From the human T2T-CHM13v2.0 reference genome, Homo sapiens: a stretch of DNA of 64,000 nt. Made by a program: the position numbers and the translations under genes. Location: the NCBI RefSeq assembly GCF_009914755.1, contig NC_060930.1; one strand, given 5' to 3'. A model generated the notes under the pieces. The model had not been told where the DNA came from. It was given only the letters and a program-made list of their open reading frames with translations, and did no database searches. Position 1 is the stretch's first letter. Each line of letters begins with the position of its first letter. Below, in pieces: positions 60,602 through 64,000 of this stretch.

Positions 60602-60955
60602 TGATATGGTTTGCTGTGTCCCCACCCAAATCTCATCCTGAATTGTAGCTCCCACAATTCCCATGTGTCATGCAAGGGACCCAGTGGGAAGTAATTGAAT
60701 CATGGGGGCAGGTCTTTCCCATGCTGTTCTCGTGATAGTGAATAAGTCTTATGAGATCTGATGGTTTTATAAAGGGGAGTTTCCCTGCACAAGCTCTCTC
60801 TTGCCTGCTGCCATGTAAGACTTCCCTTGCTCTTCCGCCATGATTGTGAGACCTCCCGAGCCTCATGGTACTGTGAGTCCCTTAAACCTCTGGTTCTTTA
60901 AGATTACCCAGTCTCAGATATGTCTTTATCAGCAGTGGAAAAATGCACTAATACA
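60602..60955 (+). mobile_element. THE1 (B/C-like) MaLR solo LTR
   Basis: tgatatggtttgctgtgtccccacccaaatctcatc...actaataca; 5-bp flanks gtggc/gaggt. Confidence 0.93.
60692..60702 (+). promoter_or_regulatory. DUX4-type motif in THE1 LTR
   Basis: taattgaatca; tataaa follows at 60768-60773. Confidence 0.6.
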
Positions 60956-61975
60956 GAGGTGGAGAGAGAAGGGCAACGGAGAGAAGAAAGTCCTTTAAGG
61001 AAAGCATTTTGGCCTTTCTCCATCATGTCCCTTGAATGTAGATTATGTTGGTAGGGTATCAGCTGATGTATCACAATATTTGTTGGGTGATAAGTGGTTA
61101 ATAAAAAGTGGATCATTTTTCTTTAGTCAGGAAGATCAGGTGAAGATACCTAAATCCAGGGTTAGTCCCAAATTAAACTTGTCCACGTAATATATTCATA
61201 TCCTAGTCATTCCTAATTATTACATCCCTGTCAGTCCTGTCTTGCTCTGAACTAGGTCTTTCTTCACATTTAAAATTCACACCCACTCCCCACCACTCAA
61301 CCCACCCTTGGGATATCACCTCTCAGGGAATAGTAGCTAATTGACTTTCTAACTGGATTCACAATGAAATGTTAATGGCATATTTACCTATTTTAGAGAA
61401 AACATGCTTTTAAAAGCAAAAAAAAAAAAAAAAAAGAAAAGAAAGAGATATCAAGAGATATATACAACAGTGCCTTCATCTGGATGAATGGAGGTGAAGA
61501 TTTCAGCCAGCATTGGTTGTTCTGAGGGTAAGAGAGTAGCAGTATTTTCTCCCAGGCCTGCCTGCTGCTTTGGTACTTAACACTGACATTTCCAATTCTC
61601 CTACTTTTTATTATTTAACTTCCAGTGTCTCTAGGAAAACACAGATTTCCATTTTGATCATATGGATGTTATTCAGGGCTGTTTTGAGCCCTTGTGCTCT
61701 TATTTTTGGCTACCCCACATGTATAACATATCAAACAAATTAAAATCCACCCATATCCTACATTAAATATAATTTATATTGCAATTATAAGAGTAGAGTT
61801 GCAGCTGACTAGTTGATGTTATTTTTGTAGATAGCTAATTAAACATTTATTAATTTCCATTTTGCAGCTTGCATTTGTGGTTTGGAGCCAATACTTTAAA
61901 AATCTTACAATCCATTGACACTGGTCTCCAGTGACTAACAGATAAAATGGCCTTGCTGATGCTAATTTAATATAG

Positions 61976-62366
<391 letters not shown>

Positions 62367-62716
62367 AAATGCATCCTTTTTACATAACAAACTACCTTCC
62401 TGAAATCTCTGTATCTATCCTAATTCTCTAATTTTTGAAAAATTGTAAAGTACGTTTTTTCATCACAGACAATTCTCTTCTTTATTTTCACATTTTGATA
62501 TTTAAGATCTAAAGTTACAGTCTTCCTGTTTTAAGGCAATTTCTTTAATTTGCTATTTATTATCCACTTTCCATTGGATCCTTTCAAAAAATCAGTGCTC
62601 AATCTTTGATTTCTAAAAAGACACTTCGAGGTCTGATGAAGCCTCCAACCCCTCGACTACAATAGTTCCTACAGAAATTGTTTGTGTCCTTCCCTTTCAT
62701 GTTTTTCCCAGCTGTA

Positions 62717-63019
62717 TTTTTTTTTTTTTTTTTTTTTTGAGATAAAGTCTTTCCCTGTCACCCGGGCTGGAATACAGTGGTGTGATCTTGGCTCACTCCA
62801 ACTTCCACCTCCCGGGTTTAGATGATTCTCATGCCTCAGCCTCCTGAGTAGCTGGGATTACAAGCATGTGCCACCACACCTGGCTAATTTTTGTATTTTT
62901 ATTAGAGACAGGGTTTCGCCATGGTGGCCAGGCTGGTCTTGAACTCCTGGACTCAAGTGATCCACCCCCCTTGGCTTTCCAAAGTGCTGGATTACAGGAG
63001 TGGGCCATCATGTCCAGCT
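62717..63019 (-). mobile_element. AluSx/Jb-like
   Basis: Antisense dimer with T tail. Confidence 0.92.
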
Positions 63020-63661
63020 CTGACTTTAATTCTTACTAACATGCAAATTGCAGTGTACCATATCACCCCATTTTGGAGTATGACACACAAATGCATGTGT
63101 GAGATGCTCTGAAAGGAACCTCCAAACTGAGTACAAAGTAGTCCTTCTCAAAACATGGGCACCCTTGGTTCACAGAGGTCAGAATTTCTCATATCCTTCA
63201 AAGTTGGGGAGCATTTTGGTAGAGTCTGAAAACTGCTCTTTGGTTAGTTGAAAAATGTCTTCCCTGCATATTTTTAATAAACCTCCATCTCTTAACTTAC
63301 AGAGATAAAAATAAAATAGTTTTCCTTCTCTCCTCCTATGTCTTATAGTCTACTTGTCATCCAAATGAAATAAATGCACTTCCTTATTTTCTTAGTAGGC
63401 AAAGAGTAAAAATTTCATACTAGGCTAGTTATTCTGCAAAAAGAGAACATTTAAACAGAGGTTAGTACACAGTGGTAAAATCAGTAAAAGTTTCAGTGCT
63501 TACATTAGAAAAACAAATATTTATATCATTAAACCTAAAATTTGCTTTCTAATACAATGTTTTGTGGTCTGCCTAAATGATGGCAATTGATTTCAGGATG
63601 AATCAAAATGACATGAAGAAGATATTAAAGAAAATTTTTTTTGTTTGTTTCTGTCCTACAG

Positions 63662-63934
63662 TCCCGAAGGCAAAAATGAATTGTACTCTTCTTATACATG
63701 TTGCTGCTTTCAAGATTTCCATTTTACACCATTGATGGGCCTTAGTTTTTGGGTTGTCTACAAAGTCAAGTTTCTCTTATTTGGAAAACCTGAATATAGC
63801 CTTGCAGTACAAAGCACTGGTCATGCTGTCCACTTTCAGAAGATGGCATGGAATTCACAGCAACAAGAAATGTTTTGGAATGCTGGCAAAGGAGCAGAAA
63901 ACAGTGTTCTCCCCACACATTTAGAAAAATAAAG
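63662..63934 (+). other. Candidate non-coding exon
   Basis: Acceptor ttttttgtttgtttctgtcctacag| and donor aag|gtacgg. Confidence 0.35.
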
Positions 63935-64000
63935 GTACGGAGGACATGGCGTACTACTTATTAAAGACTTTGAAAAACACCACACCTCAGTAAACATTCC

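Noticed and set aside
61418-61446. Orphan poly(A) tract (also poly(T) at 4844-4864)
   Set aside because: No attached retroelement body or TSD; simple repeats

Overview
AT-rich primate (human-like) non-coding genomic DNA, intergenic or deep intronic. I see no intact cellular protein-coding gene. The recognisable ORFs come from transposons (Tigger1 transposase remnants, the C-terminal 442 aa of an L1PA ORF2, Alu-derived frames); the rest look like chance ORFs. Content: about 18 Alu/FLAM copies (including an AluYd-type copy), a full-length Tigger1 nested in an MLT1C LTR, several MaLR/ERV solo LTRs (MLT1, THE1, MER4A1), hAT MITEs (MER63A, MER3, MER33, MER53, MER94), young and old L1 pieces, many L2/MIR relics and a truncated 5S rRNA retrocopy. 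The most unusual structures are: (1) a ~275-bp local duplication (52648-52921 copied to 54444-54719) lying inside an Alu tail between that Alu's target-site duplications (TSDs), whose exon-like 3' end is much better conserved than the rest; (2) a 28-bp-stem hairpin at 52146-52218; (3) an old twin-primed, 5'-inverted L1MA in MER33; (4) a THE1 LTR with DUX4 motif, TATA box and splice donor upstream of a well-bounded candidate exon; (5) a MER53 palindrome carrying a miR-1302-like arm. All family and subfamily calls come from recalled consensus sequences read by eye and need RepeatMasker/Dfam confirmation; boundaries of old repeats are approximate. I cannot demonstrate a wholly new biological system here.
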